A stretch of DNA of 64,000 bases from Eledone cirrhosa (GCA_964016885.1 OZ024740.1:342798001-342862000); one strand, 5' to 3'; shown: positions 13,301 to 26,825, numbered from the stretch's first letter. Program-made: numbers and translations. The notes: a model not told the origin generated them from the sequence alone.

Positions 13301-16300
13301 ATGTTATAATGGCCTCAGCACTAAAGAGGTTGTCATGTACTTGACAAAACTGAAGAGTCCGCTCTACTCTATATTGTCTTTGTTCTCTTGCCAACTACTT
13401 TACAGAGAGTATTGGGTGTATTTTATTATGGTACTAGCACCAGCAAGGCTTTCAGATATTTGACAGAACCAATGTTGTCTTAATTTGTTTGTCACCAGTT
13501 GTTTGACATTGTTAGTAATAAATCTAAACAATGTTTATCTTCTATATAAGTTCAAACTATTGAAGTACTTCTAAAGTTTTAGTCAATTGTTAGATCAGAC
13601 AAAGGAAACTATATACCATTGGTTCTTCATTGCTGTTACTATCTGCCAATCGCAGCTCCTGGTAAAAGGTGGAGGGATCAGATATTGCAAATTATCCTAT
13701 CCGACACTTTAACAGTTCCAGCAATCCACCACGCTTGGACTAGTATTTTGTTTATCAATTCAATTCCAAAAAGATGAAAAGCAAAGTTGACTTACCAGGA
13801 TTTAAACTCAAAGTGCAGCTAGCTGGAACAAATATCGAAACATTTAATCCGATACTCAAATAATTCTGCCTATTTGCCACCAATACAAAAAAAATTGTTT
13901 AAAATAAATAAATTAATAAATAAAACAAATTGAAGAAATATTTTATGGTAAACATCTAATTGTCTATAAAAAGGGTAAGGTAGTAAATTGACAGAGTATT
14001 TGTTCCAGCTATCAGCACTCTGAGCTCAAATCCCACTGAATTCAACTTTACCTTTCCCTTGGGCAACATCAGTGGCATGGAAAGGGAAGACTTACATGCT
14101 GATCCGCTAAAAAAAACAAAACAAGTTTATCAAGACCTGTGTCTTGAAGAGGAACATATGGAAGTCCTGAATACTATAAAAAGAATGTCTACTACACCCA
14201 GCTGAATGAAAAAGGTTGATATTTCAAGAGTTTGTAGATTTAGAAAACAAACTACCTGTAGAAAAGAGTGTATTTTAATAAACCAAATTAAAATTTTAAA
14301 ATACTTTCATATTCAAATTATGTGCCAATACCACTAGACATTTTCTAACTATATTATACCATTATGTATTGTTCTTATTTTATCTTATTTTATTTGTCTT
14401 TATTTATAGGGATTAAAGTCAAATGTCCTGGTAATCCTGGCCATGGCTCAAGATTCATTGAAAACACTGCTGCCGAAAAATTTGTGAGTAATATCTGTTG
14501 CTTTCCTTTTGCTAGGACAGGATAGTTTAAATAATGCTTAACCCTTTAGCATTTAAACCAGCCCTATCCAGCCAGAATTTTCTCACCTCTTTTTGTTCAA
14601 ACTGGCTGTAACTGACCATTCATACTAATGTTAAGGTATTGTTCTCAAAATAAATAATATCAAAATCTCATAGATTCAATATAATGTGAGGCAAAGCCAT
14701 GAAAAAAATATAATAAATATAGAATTGTTTCTACTTTTGGCACAAGGCCAGCAATTACCCAGTGCATTACTGGTACTTTATTTTATCGACCCCAGAAGGA
14801 TGAAAGGCAAAGTTAACCTCGGCGAGATTTGAACTCAGAATGGCAAGGGGCGTAACTCTATGCATCAAAGCATGCCGTCCGACCCTCTACTGATACTGCC
14901 AATCCACCGCCCTAAAATAAATATAGAATAATTTAAATGCTAAAGGATTAATTTATGTATTATGGCTTAGGCTACCCACTTCTAGCTTCTCTCAATCTTT
15001 CTCCACTCTGTCTCTCTTTCTTTTTCTATCTCTCTCTCTTGATGTTACCAACATATGTATTCTTTTTCTTCAATGTTACTTATATCTGTTTTTAATCTCC
15101 TGCAATGTAACCCACCTTTGTCATCCTTGTCCTCATCATCTTCCTCATTGTCATAATTCTCTATCTGTTTTCCATGCTGGCATGGGTTGCAGCAGTCCAA
15201 GTCAGTTTTTAATTGGAGTTACTGCTTTCTTTGATGAGTTGCAGGACTATGTCTCACTCATACATTTCAATTTTTGGCATAGTTCCTATGGCGTGATGCC
15301 CTTTCTAATATCAGCCACTTAACAGAGTGTACTGGGTACATTTTTTCATGGCACCAGTACCAAAGTTGTTATGTCTTCATGGTGAGAAGGTTTAGAACCT
15401 CTTGTATATATATATATGTCATCCGGGAAATGGCCATGCTCAGTGTGTAGGAAAGGAGTAGGTAGAAACTCCATTTTATGTCCCAAATGCAAAGTATCGG
15501 TGCATAAAAGATGTAGTGGGATCACAGGTAAGCTAACTAAGAATATAGATTTTATATGTGGCCGGTGCTCTGGTGCAATAAGTAGCAGCAAGTGCCCACT
15601 GAATACTAGCTCATTCCATTGCACAGATGGTTCTATAGAAATAGTGGACACCTTCCGTTACTTGGGTGACAACATCAGCAGTGGTGGAGGGTGCTCTGAA
15701 AGTACAGTAGCTAGAGTCAGAACTGGATGGAAAAAGTTCCGAGAGCTTATACTACTATTAGCCGCTAAAGGGTTCTCTCTAAAAATGAAAGGCAGGCTGT
15801 ATGATGCCTGCATACAAACAGCTTGATGTGTAATAGTAATATACGTGAACGGCAAAGCATAAACGAACTAAGGGAAAAATTAGAAATAAGAGGGGTCAGA
15901 TGTTGTTTACTCGAGAGAAGACTACGTTGGTATGGTCACGTGATACGCATGAAAGACGACAGCTGTATAGCAAAGTGCAGGGCAATAAAGATAGACGGTA
16001 GCCACGGAGTAGGCAGACCCAGAAAAACCTGGGACGACTTGATAAATTCCGACCTCACACACTTACACCTCTCCAAGACAATGTCACTGGACCGAGATCT
16101 TTGGCGCTACACAGTAATACAGAAGACCCGCCTTACCTAAGTACAAAGTGAAACCTACTACAGTCAGTAGGCACCTCTAACAAAAATACACCCCCGTCCC
16201 ACTACCCCCACCCCATCCACACCACCCCTTTCAATGTAAAGTTATGTTGGTACCACAACATCCAGTCCGAAACAAATGAGGTCGTGTAGGTGACACGACA

Positions 16301-19300
16301 AAAAAAACACAGTCCACGCTGTAATGTGGCCGTGTAGGTAACACGGTAAAAACCTCCCAGTCCACACTGTAAACGTGGTTGGTGTTAGGAAGGGCATCCA
16401 GCCGTAGAAAAGCCGCCAGACAGTCCTATACGAGCAAGACAACCACTCTTGCCTCAAGTGGGAAAACTCCCGTCCAAACCCATGCAAGCGTGGAAGATGG
16501 ACGTTAAACGATGATGATTTATTTAGATCACATATTCACTGCCGAACTTAAAACCAATGTTCTATTTTTTCCTTATAGTTTGGGCATCTTCCTCTGCCTG
16601 GTAGCTATGACGAGAGAAACTTTATGGTGAACTCACTTAAAAAGATTAAGGACAGGCATTTTCCTCTCTGGCCAAGCAGATGGTGTGGGTAGAGAGGGAG
16701 GTGCAGTCTTCTGTTGTGTTTTATGAAAGATGAGAGAGATCAGTGAGATTGATGATGCTGAATTGGCCTACTCTGACTATGGTTTTCTAAGTAGGAGGAA
16801 GGAAACAGAGAGGACACTTTCAGTGCCCATGATGCAACAGAGTAATCCAGGGTTTAGTGTAGGGTTCTCCCTGGAATTACCCTAAAGTGCAGTTCTCCCT
16901 ATTAGTGGCGAACTGGCCTTTGTTAACATTCATCTCCAGGTTTGAATTCAGCAAATTTCTTCCAGAGAAGAAATGAGAAAGAGATATAGAAGAAGAATCA
17001 ACCCGAGTATTAGACTGGTACTTTTTTTTTTATCAACTTCGATAGGATGAAAGGCAAAATTGACTTTGGTAGGGTTTGAACTCAGAAAGCTGGAATGAAT
17101 ACCATAAAGCATTCTATCCGACGTTCTAACCACTCTGCCAATTTGTCCCTTTATAGTTATGTATATTTATTACAAATTCCATTATTGTTATCCCTATTGT
17201 TTTCTATTCAGTGATGTCCCCTTTCCTTCACTCAATGTCAACCCCACTCTGCTGTTTTCCTTTGTGGTGTCTTGGGCTCTTGTGGCCAATAAAAGAAATA
17301 ATAATAGTTATTATTATTAAAGTGTTGGCTTTGTAGAATCATAAAAAAATTTGATAAAATGTCTTGTGGTATTTGTTCTGGCCCTTTACATTCTGTGTTC
17401 AAATTCAGCTGAGGTCCACTTTGCTTTTCATCCTTCTAAGGTCAATATAGTCGACTTTTCCCTTCCACTCAAACTGCTGGCCTTGTGCCTAAAGTAGAAA
17501 CAATTGTTATCCCGCCAAGGTTAACTTTGCCTTTCATCCTTACGGGGTCGATAAAATAAAGTACCAGTAATGCACTGGGTTATTGCTGGCCTTGTGCCAA
17601 AAGTAGAAGCAATTATTATTTGGATTGGCAGTATTGGTAGAGCATCAGACACCATGCTTTGCAGCATAGTTATGTCCCTTTACGTTCTGAGTTCAAATCA
17701 CGCTAGTGTTAGCTTTGCCTTTCATCCTTACAGGGTCGATAAAGCACCAGTAATGCACTGGGGTAATTGCTGGCCTTGTGCCAAAAGTAGAAACAATTAT
17801 TATTATTATTGGTGGATTGGCAGCACCAATAATATACTGCGGTCGAAAAAAATCGTTGGCCTTGTGCCTAAATCAAACCATTGTAATATTATTGATGGAT
17901 TGTTAGTATCGTTAGAGGGTTGGACATTATGCTTTACAGAAAAGAGTTACGGCCCTTTATATTCTGATTTAAAATCTCGCCGAGGTTAGCTTTGCCTTTC
18001 ATCCTTACAGGATCAATAAAATAAAGCACCAGTAATGTACTGGGATAATTGCTGGCCTTGTACCAAAAGTAGAAACCTCATCATCGTTTAACGTCCATCT
18101 TCCACGCTAGCATGGGTTTGGATCATTATTATTAAAGTAGTAGCAGTTATAAATGTTTAATGTTTGTTTTCTTTTCCTTTCAGAAAAACATCATTAATAA
18201 ATTGTTAAGTTTTCGTGATGAAGAAGAAAAAAGGTACACATTATTATTGGTTTTAGGTAAAATGGTGAAAAAAGGTAGGGGGGGGGGGAGAAAGTAGGAG
18301 CAAGTGTTTGTATCTGGGGGTCTTTAAAGTAAGGGAAAGTGACTAGCAATTTATTGTGAGGTGTTGGGTGGAGATGCAGGTAGTTTGTTCCAGTTTCCTG
18401 AAGCTTGGAACAAACTACCTGCATCAGTTGTTAGCTGCCGAGACACTGCATCCTTTAAAACCTCCATGCTTCCTGAAATTTGCCAATATTACACCTGATA
18501 TTCCCCCTCCATACACATGCACACATGTATATCATGACTCATACTGTTCACTAGATATTTGTACTTTATTCTATGTGCTATACATGCACCTTTGATGAAT
18601 TGTAGTGCACCTGAGCATTGTAAACAATAATTTTCATTATTATTATATACAGATCTGAGATGCCATCAGTCTGGTAATGGGATAATTGTAGCAGGGATGC
18701 AGGAGCCCATGGGAAAATTCATTTTAATAAAAGTGGGTTCTTGATAGTGTAAAATAGTTTCTATTATATTTTTAGAATTTAGGCCTCCTTATTGGAATTT
18801 CTTACCTTGTAATAATCTTTTTTATCTTTCCAGATTAAAATCTGATTCAACTCTTGTCCTTGGTGATGTGACCAGTGTGAATTTGACTATGGTTGAGGTA
18901 AAACATTAGAGTTTGTGGAATTTTCTTCATTGATCTTTATTAGAAATTTGCTTGTCAGCGTTTGTTTGATTGCTTCACTTTAGAAAAGGTGTTGTTCTTG
19001 TTCTTTAGTTGCAGGTCAGCTCTGATCAAGCAGACCTATAACCAAAGACACTTTAACCATGGCCATCCTATCATTTAAACAATTTAGTTTTAAGTATAGT
19101 ATCCAATATGACAGTAAGGTGAGATATGTTAGATATTTGGCTGTTACTTCTAGCAGATTGAGTGACCATATAGAGGCACTCACTGTTATTTCAAGAAGTA
19201 TGCATTTCATTACCCCCCAGAAATCTATGCTGTTGTTCTAGTTAAGAAAAATATACTCTTGCTATTCTGAAGACAGGAACTGATTCTGGCTTGATTTCTA

Positions 19301-22300
19301 CAGCTGGATGCCCTTCTTAATACCAACCTCATTTACAATGAGTGCTGAGTGCTTTTTTTCCGTGGCGCCTACACGTCCACTTTACAGTGTGGGCTGGGTG
19401 CTTTTTTGCCATGGCACCTCCACGACCACTTTGCGGTGGAGGGTGTGGGGGCATATTGTCTATATGCTTCAGCTTCGGCTTGTTCCTGTGGGAGGTCGGG
19501 TCTTCTGTATTGCTGCATGACGCCAGAGGTCACGGTCGTGTGTCATTGCCCTTGAGAGGTGCAGTTGAGTAAGGTCGGCCTTTATCACCTCATCCCAGGT
19601 ATTCTTGAGTCACCCCACTCCACGGCTTCCATCGACTTCTAGTGCTCTGCACCTTTTTATGCAGCTGTATCCTTCATACGCATCACATGTCCATACCAAC
19701 GTAACCTTCTCTCCTGCACACAGCATTTGATTCCTCTTATGCTCAGTCTCTCTCTCAATTCATTTATGCTTTGCCGTTCAAGTATATTACTATTACACAT
19801 CCATCGGAGCATGCAAGCTTCGTTTCTTTCTAATCTGTGCAAGTCTTCTACAGACAGCGCTCAGGTTTCACTTCCATGTAACATTGTTGTTCGTATACAT
19901 GCATCATACAGTCTGCCTTTCATTTTGAGGGAAAAGCCTTTTGCAGCTAGCACAACTTCTTCCATCCCATTCTTACCCTAGTTATTGTACTTTCAAAACA
20001 CCCACCTCTGCTGCTAATTCGGTCACCTAGGTAACAGAAGCTGTCTACTGTTTCTACAGAGCCCTCCCAGAGTTTGGTGGTGCTTGTTTCCTGTGGTCGT
20101 TTACTGCTTGCTGTCCCAGTGCAGCTGCTACATATGAAGCCTACATTCTTAGTTAAACTTCCTGAGATCCCACATCTCTTATATACCCATTGTTTGCATA
20201 TGGGGCAGAGGATGGAGTTCCTACCTACACCTTTCCTACATACAGAGCAAGGCCATTTCCCTGAGGGGATCTGTTTTCTCATCTATTTACAAGAACCTTA
20301 GTCTTTGTCAAGTTGACTTTGAGACCCTTTCTTTCTAGTCCCTGCTTCCAAGTTTGGAATTTCTTCTCTAGTTCCACCATGGATTCAGCTATAAGTGCGA
20401 GGTCATCTGCATACAGGAGTTCCCACAGGCATCCAGTCTTAAACTCCTCCGTTATTGCCTGCAAAACTATAATGAACTGGAGAGGGCTAAGAACAGAGCC
20501 CTGGTGGACACCGACCTGTATGCTAAATTCCTTGCTATAGTCATTAACTCTAACTTTGCTGACTACTCCTCTATACATGACTTGTACAGCTTTCACAAGC
20601 CATTCATCTACTCCTAATTTTCTAAGCGCCCACCAGATTATAGCACGGGGGACTCTGTCAAAGGCTTTCTCCAGATCGACGAATGCCAGGTAGAGTTGCT
20701 TACTTTTTGCTAGGTACTTTTCCTGTAATTGCCTCACAAGAAAGAGGGCATCAGTGGTGCCTTTTCCTGTCACAAACCCAAACTGCATCTCATCTAGATT
20801 TACCCGGTCTCTAATCAGCTATGCTATAACTCTTTCTGTTACTTTCATGACCTGGTCCATCAGCTTTATACCTCTATAGTTTCCTCTATCTAGTGCATCA
20901 CCTTTACCTTTGTAGCAGTTGACAATCATGCTGCTGCACCAATCCTTTGGTATGATACCCTCTAGTATTACCTGGTTAACAATTTGTGTGGTTATGGTGT
21001 GACCTACCGACCCAGATGCCTTCAGCATCTCGGCAGCTATACCCGATGGACCGGTTGCCTTCCCCGTCTTCATATCTTTGATTGCCTTACTTACTACGCT
21101 GCTGCTGACTTGTACTGCTGGCCCCTCTATAGAGTCCGCTTGAGGTAGGGTCTCTTTTTCCCATGCATTCTCCTTGTTTAGTAATCTTTCATAATGGCTC
21201 TTCTACGTAACTTTCTTCTCGGCACTTGTGAGGGCAAGTTCACCATTATCATTCCAGATGCACTTCTCTCCAATGGCATCACAATTCTCTCTGACACACT
21301 GCCTCACAATCTTGAACACCTGTTTCTGGTCCTCACGTTGCAAAACATGCTTGAATTTTCTATCCTCTGCTTCCCTTCTAGCTAAGTATACTTGTCGCCT
21401 AGCTTCCCTCCTGGTCTCTATGTAATGTACCCTGCTACCCCTGTTCTTCCATTCTTTCCATGCATGTCTCTTAGCCTTAACTGCCTCATCTACCTTTTTG
21501 TTCCACCACTAAGTCACTCTCCTCCTCCCTGTGGACTTGCTCCAATGAAGAAAACTTCTAAACCACAGTCATCCCTATATCTATGTATGTTTTTTTTATT
21601 AAGAAAATTCCATATTTGAATGATTTCATATTTGATAAAAGGCAGTCATTTTGGCAGAGTTGTTAAGAGTTATGTATATTTTTTTTGAGTCTCTGAATTC
21701 TGAATTCAAATCCCACCAAAATCCACTTCGTCTTTCATCCATTTAGAGTTGATAAAGAATGTACAAACACAGTGCTAGTGGAGCCCTCTTTCCTTCCAGC
21801 TGACATTCTAGATGTGCTGCTAGATCAAAGGAGGGAGGATCAAAAAGGTTTCTGTCTCTTCTCACAACTGCATAGGTAGCTAAAGCCCTTAGTGAAAGTA
21901 TAGTATATACTACCAAGTGATGCTCGATTTCAAGTTTTCATATATAATTGATTATTATTTTTGTTTTTCTATTGTTTATTTTTGTTTCTATGTAGGGTGG
22001 TCTACAACACAATGTTATTCCTTCAGAACTCACTGCTTGTAAGTAAACATTTCTCTCTTCATACAAATGCTATTTCATTGTTTACCAAATTTTCTCTCTT
22101 ACTCTTTTATTCTTATAAGATTGAGGCAAATTCACTAGTGCTAGTGCTGCATTAAAATGCACCCAGTGCACTTTGTAAAATGGCAGCAATCAAACACAGA
22201 CAATGTAGAATTAAGAGGACTCTTTACTCCTGTTGAGGACATAAGAACCTCTTTAGTGCTGATGCCATGATAAAATGCACCCAATACTCACAGGCCAAAC

Positions 22301-23983
22301 TTTGTTAGATATGCACACAAACCTCTACCTACCCATCTACACAATTATATTCCTTATCTTTCATTTTCCCCATTACCTACCACCCCCTTATACTAAGATT
22401 TGTTAATTGTATACATTGACAATTACCCCTACCTCTACACACACACACACTCTCTCTCTCTCTCTCAAACACATGCACTAAACTTTATTTCATCAGTATA
22501 TTAAGCTCTGCCTATATGCCCACACGATTATAACTATTCCTGCTTCCTGCACTCCCCCCCCCCACAATTATATACACCATTCTCTTTATACACATAATAC
22601 TCCACATGCACACAATTATATATACTATTTTCTGAGTTTTGATGATGTGCATTCAGTTGTTTGAGCAACAGAATGTCCAACTCATGAATTTCCGTTTTAA
22701 GTAGTTGAGTATACGGCTTAATGATTTCTTCATTCCATCTCATAATACCATGTGTTTACTCTTTTGTATTCTAGGTTTTGATATTAGAGTTCCTCCATCA
22801 ATTGACCCGGCTGAATTTGAAGAAAAGATTAATAACTTGTGCAAGGAATCTGGGGATGGTTTAACTATTGAGTATATACAGGTGAGATATGTAAATGTGT
22901 GTCATCATCATCATCCTCATTTAACTGTCCATTTGTCCATGCTGGCATGAGTTGTTACAGATCATGCATGCATGCCCTCGTGCACGGCAAAGACCTTGTT
23001 GAACCGGTGCTTATCCTGTATCATGGCGTGAAGTGACTGTGAGAGTACAAAACTTCCCTCCGGATAGGATGCCAGGGTTAAACCCCCAGCTATTGCTGGT
23101 ACTCATTTTCAGCTGAGTATACTGGAATAATGTGAAAGAACACAACACACAACCCGGCCCAGAAATCGAACCCATGACATTACGATTGTAAGTCCAACAC
23201 CCTGACCACTAGGCCACGTGTCTTCAGATCATGTCAGTACTTAATCAGAGCTACAGTCATCCCAGATGCGCTGGGTGCCATAACTTGCTTAAAATAATTT
23301 TGACATGGGACATATATAAGCAAAATGTAATGTGTGTGTTTATTTATAAGCTATAACAATTTGCTTAAAATGCTTTGTCACAAAATCAGAATCAAAGTCA
23401 AGTTATATTCTCAAACGGAAAAAAACATTTGAAATCAGACACAGAGAACCAGAACAAATACTGCAAGGCATTTGGTTTGAAACTTTTGACTTGTCCAATT
23501 CAATTGAGCTGACTTCAAATTTACAATATTGTGCCAGACATTTTTTTATTATTTTGTGGCTGAAATTAAAATATTTTATCTTTACAGAAAGGTTGTGACT
23601 GTAAGCTAACCTCTATTGATGACGGCAATATCTGGTGGAAGACATTCTCCTCAACATTTAAAGATATGTGAGTTTTGCAGATTGATATATCATTTCTTTT
23701 AACGTTTTAACTGGGAAAATAAGTAAATAATTATAAATTACAGTAACCACAGGGTAAATTAAAATGAAATGAAAGACTATATTATTTATGTTAATACATG
23801 GAAGAAAGGTCACTAATTTGATGCCTCTTGTATTCTGGAGCTATTGTCAAATTTGGGCCTTGAAACCTTGATTAACACCTTTGTTCCATGTATGAATATA
23901 AATAAATAATATAATAGTCTGCTCTCTTCCCTATTGAGCACTGTTTTCCTTTTTCCTTTTCACACCTATGGATATTGCGACAT

Positions 23984-24014
<31 letters not shown>

Positions 24015-26168
24015 GATAGATAGAGAGAGAGAGAGAGAGAGGGTGACAGTGGAAAAAGTGGATAAAGTTCCATATAAATCAAAGATTATAGGTAAAAAGG
24101 CACAGGGATATATTTAAAGATTATTTTTTTCTTTAATCTTACTGAATGAATATTTTTTTATAATTGTTACATTAAATGTGTATGTTAATGTGTGTGTGTA
24201 TATACAAATATGTATATATAATTTTGAATGTATATTAGCTTCAGCTGGTACCACAATAAAATGTCTTCATTAGAGTGTTGGAATGTATGTAAGTGAGATG
24301 CAGGCTCTCTGAGAGCTCAGTGGCTCTGAAATCTTTCCAGCTATTACTAGCTGGGAAAACGGAGGTTAGATGATAATGTGGATGAACACCCACATCATTT
24401 ATATACATTTTTCTCATTTTATTCTTTTGTTGTAGGAATTTAAAAATCAAAGCAGAAATATTTCCTGCTGGCACAGATAGCAGATTTCTACGCCAGGTAT
24501 CTTCCTTTTCTTTATTTTTACATTCTAAATGTTGGTAACTACTTGATATTACTTTACTTGGAGAAATTAGATTTGTAATAGAAATCAACCGTAAGAAAAT
24601 GAAAATATATATTTGTGGTATTACTTATTAATTTTAATTAATTTATCTAACCCATGCTATAGGCAGCGAATTAGCAGAGTCATTAGAACGTTTGATAGAA
24701 TGCTTTATGGCATATGTTCTGACTCTCTGCTCTCTGAGTTCAAATCCTGCCGAGGTCAACTTTGCCTTTCCTTCTTTCAAGGCCGATTAAAAAAAAGTAC
24801 CAGTCTAGTACTGGGGTCGATTCTTCCTCTATATCTCTTTCTCATTTCCTTCCTCTCACTTTCTGTCCTCCTCTGGGAGAAATCCGTTGTGTTCAAACCT
24901 GGAGAGGGATGGGCTCCGCCAGGCTTAAAATGCCCAAGAAATGCTGTATGGCAATACGGCCCCTACGACTCTATCAGGAGTTACGGGACCATACATATAT
25001 ACACATGCTAGTGTGGAAAAATGGGCGTTAAATGGTGATGATGATAATTATGATGATTTCTAATTAAAGCACAATGCCTGGAATTTTGTGGGCAAGATAA
25101 ATCAACTATATTGACCCCAGTGTTTAAATAGTACTTTATTTTATTGACCCTGGAAGAATGAAAGGCAAAATTGACTTTAACAGAATTTGAGATCAGAATG
25201 CAAAGAGCTGAAATTAAATGCTACAAAGTATTTTGTCCAATGCTCTAATGATTTTGCCAATCCACTGCCCTAAATTAATGACCCAGAAAATACTCTGAAG
25301 AGATGTTTTTTTGTTACACATAGTGAACCATTCCCAGCAAATATTTCTGCTGTTACATTAATGAAGAGATTCATATTTCCAATAGAAATTATTCTTATCT
25401 ATTTGAGGTGTTTCTATTGAAGTGAATTCTCTTATTGCACAGAGTTGGAGTAAATCCTAAAAAGGCATGACAAAGATTTCCACAAAAAGAAATCTTAAAT
25501 TTAAAATTAAAATAAATTCTTTAATTATTAAGCCTATTATGCAACAAACTGAATTCTACTCTCAATCTTGTGTGGTAAATTGGCCAAGTCACGAGATCAT
25601 ATGATAAAATATTTTGTGGTATTTGTTCCAGTTCTCTGCACTTTGAGTTCAAATCCCACGAAGGTCCACTTTACCTTTCACTCTTCTGGGGTCAACTAAA
25701 TAAAGTACCAGTACAGGGTAATGGATTGGCAAAATTGTCAGTGTCAGATGAGATGCCTTGCTGTATTTCCAGCTTTTTTGCTTCTGAATTCATTTCCTGC
25801 TATAGCCTACTTATGTAGCAACCTGGCTCTTGGGTGCCTTTAGTGGAATCAATTCTGTTGCAAGCATCAGGATAGGTTTCTGGTTTCAGAATACCTTCCT
25901 TCCTTCCCTCCTTGACTAAACAGTAAAAAGTAATTAGAATATAGTAACAAATGGGTTAATTCATATGAATAAATTCTTACTGTTATATATATTTGAATTA
26001 ATTGTGCTTCTTTTGTTCTAGATTGGCTATCCAGCTCTGGGATTTTCTCCCATGAACTTCACACCAATATTATTACATGACCACAACGAGTTCCTCAATG
26101 AAAAGATCTTCTTGAAAGGAATTGATATCTACTATAAACTGATTTCTAATCTTGCCAATGTTAAATAA
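7211..26168 (+). CDS. ACY1: Aminoacylase-1 (M20A metallopeptidase), 14 coding exons in window, 1050 nt = 349 aa + stop; N-terminal exons lie upstream of the window
   Basis: Manual splicing keeps one frame with GT-AG introns. Motifs [67 protein letters not shown]. Confidence 0.96.
7839..7910 (+). CDS. ACY1: ACY1 exon, 72 nt (ACWKVDPF...IYARGSQ)
   Basis: ttcttag / gtatgt. Confidence 0.95.
8976..8998 (+). CDS. ACY1: ACY1 micro-exon, 23 nt (DMKCVGIQ)
   Basis: tttttag / gtaagt; supplies the metal-ligand Asp and restores frame. Confidence 0.92.
9477..9548 (+). ncRNA. Degenerate type I hammerhead-like motif in an ACY1 intron
   Basis: CTGATGA 9482-9488, stem II ACTGAG/CTTAGT plus TCACAGT/ACTGTGA, GAAA 9532, palindrome CTGCAG, GTT triplet; stem I only three G-U pairs. 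Confidence 0.55.
10256..10332 (+). CDS. ACY1: ACY1 exon, 77 nt (YLEAIRQ...HITFMP)
   Basis: caacag / gtaatt. Confidence 0.94.
11081..11170 (+). CDS. ACY1: ACY1 exon, 90 nt (EEEVGG...FVLDE)
   Basis: ttttctag / gttact; catalytic EE motif. Confidence 0.93.
11330..12830 (+). mobile_element. Old decayed RTE-clade LINE of a different lineage, with no PHD finger
   Basis: [54 protein letters not shown]; many stops and frameshifts. Confidence 0.85.
12908..12964 (+). CDS. ACY1: ACY1 exon, 57 nt ([19 protein letters not shown])
   Basis: tctcag / gtaagt. Confidence 0.94.
14410..14483 (+). CDS. ACY1: ACY1 exon, 74 nt ([16 protein letters not shown]...EKF)
   Basis: tttatag / gtgagt. Confidence 0.95.
14735..14913 (-). 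mobile_element. tRNA-derived SINE with Nin/Deu-like central domain (related copies near 13680-13880, 13980-14060, 16990-17150, 21640-21760, 24660-24830, 25055-25272, 25575-25715)
   Basis: Shared core gagttcaaat...actttgcctttcatcct...ggtcgataaaataaagtaccagt. Confidence 0.75.
15418..16519 (+). mobile_element. 5'-truncated PHD-RTE LINE subfamily C starting at the PHD finger
   Basis: ORFs 15416-15826 and 15823-16140; C-type UTR; gatgatga tail; short (TA)n on 5' side. Confidence 0.92.
17320..18076 (+). repeat. Tandem array of about 4 Nin/Deu-like SINE units and fragments
   Basis: Recurring tttgcctttcatccttac..gtcgataaa..ccagtaatgcactggg..ttgctggccttgtgccaaaagtagaaacaatt. Confidence 0.8.
18184..18233 (+). 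CDS. ACY1: ACY1 exon, 50 nt ([16 protein letters not shown])
   Basis: tttcag / gtacac. Confidence 0.9.
18406..18645 (+). mobile_element. 3' end of a CR1/L2-like LINE
   Basis: Translates [18 protein letters not shown] (typical WNxLP...F C-terminus); (TTA)n-like tail. Confidence 0.6.
18834..18897 (+). CDS. ACY1: ACY1 exon, 64 nt (LKSD...[11 protein letters not shown])
   Basis: ttccag / gtaaaa. Confidence 0.93.
19275..21537 (-). mobile_element. Decayed PHD-RTE LINE subfamily B in an ACY1 intron
   Basis: ORFs 20819-21073, 20279-20788, 19947-20282, 19657-19842. Confidence 0.92.
21996..22038 (+). CDS. ACY1: ACY1 exon, 43 nt ([14 protein letters not shown])
   Basis: tatgtag / gtaagt. Confidence 0.92.
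22775..22881 (+). CDS. ACY1: ACY1 exon, 107 nt (CFDIRVPP...IEYIQ)
   Basis: ttctag / gtgaga. Confidence 0.94.
22960..23222 (-). mobile_element. Diverged tRNA-derived SINE
   Basis: Minus strand A-box gtggcctagtgg, B-box gggttcgatttc, then cacattattccagtatactcagctgaaaatgag. Confidence 0.6.
23588..23667 (+). CDS. ACY1: ACY1 exon, 80 nt ([17 protein letters not shown]...FKD)
   Basis: tttacag / gtgagt. Confidence 0.93.
24436..24496 (+). CDS. ACY1: ACY1 exon, 61 nt ([20 protein letters not shown])
   Basis: ttgtag / gtatct. Confidence 0.95.
26022..26168 (+). CDS. ACY1: ACY1 terminal coding exon ([12 protein letters not shown]...LLHDHNE...ANVK*)
   Basis: ttctag acceptor, TAA stop at 26166-26168. 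Confidence 0.95.
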   Translation: MGYPALGFSPMNFTPILLHDHNEFLNEKIFLKGIDIYYKLISNLANVK

Positions 26169-26236
26169 TTCTCCACCACAATGTACAGAAGCTGGCCACT
26201 AAGTACAACAACATGATCTTGTCACTTTGATGGCTA

Positions 26237-26408
26237 AATAAAACTAGGAACACATTTGCAGTGGTGATTAGAAATACATCAGAATGATGTAGGAAAAAGT
26301 ATAATAATGATATTAATTTCTTTTACTGGTTTCAATGGCCTAAGACTATGGGAACAATACAATATAATTATAATGATTTATAAGTGTCTAGAATGAAGGA
26401 GAAATAAA
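26237..26408 (+). terminator. Candidate ACY1 polyadenylation signals (AATAAA at 26237 and 26403)
   Basis: Canonical hexamers downstream of the stop; which is used is unknown. Confidence 0.5.
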
Positions 26409-26478
26409 AATGGGTTCAATGTAATAAATTAGATATCTAATTTTACATATATGTATACCTATATATATATATATATAT

Positions 26479-26825
26479 CATCATCATCATCACTGTTTTA
26501 CATCCATTCTCCCACACTAGCATGGGTTAGACGAGTTGTCCTGTTGTGGGCAATGCCAGGTCAGGTGACCATGTCTTGCTCATACAGAACTGATTTTGGG
26601 CTTGATTTCTACAGCTAGATGCCCTTCCTAACACCAACCTCATTTACAATGAGTATTGGGTGCTTTTTATCGTGATGCCTACACGACCACTTTATAGTGT
26701 GGGCTGGGTGCTTTTTGTTGTGACACCTACATGACAACTTTACTGTGGGAAGGGGTGGGGGCATACTGTTTATATGCTTCAGTTGGGTCTTCTGTATTAT
26801 GTACCCGTGGGAAGTCGGGTCTTCT
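26479..26825 (-). mobile_element. RTE subfamily B 3' UTR fragment
   Basis: (CAT)n tail, terminal hairpin and UTR modules, flanked by (TA)n on both sides. Confidence 0.85.
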
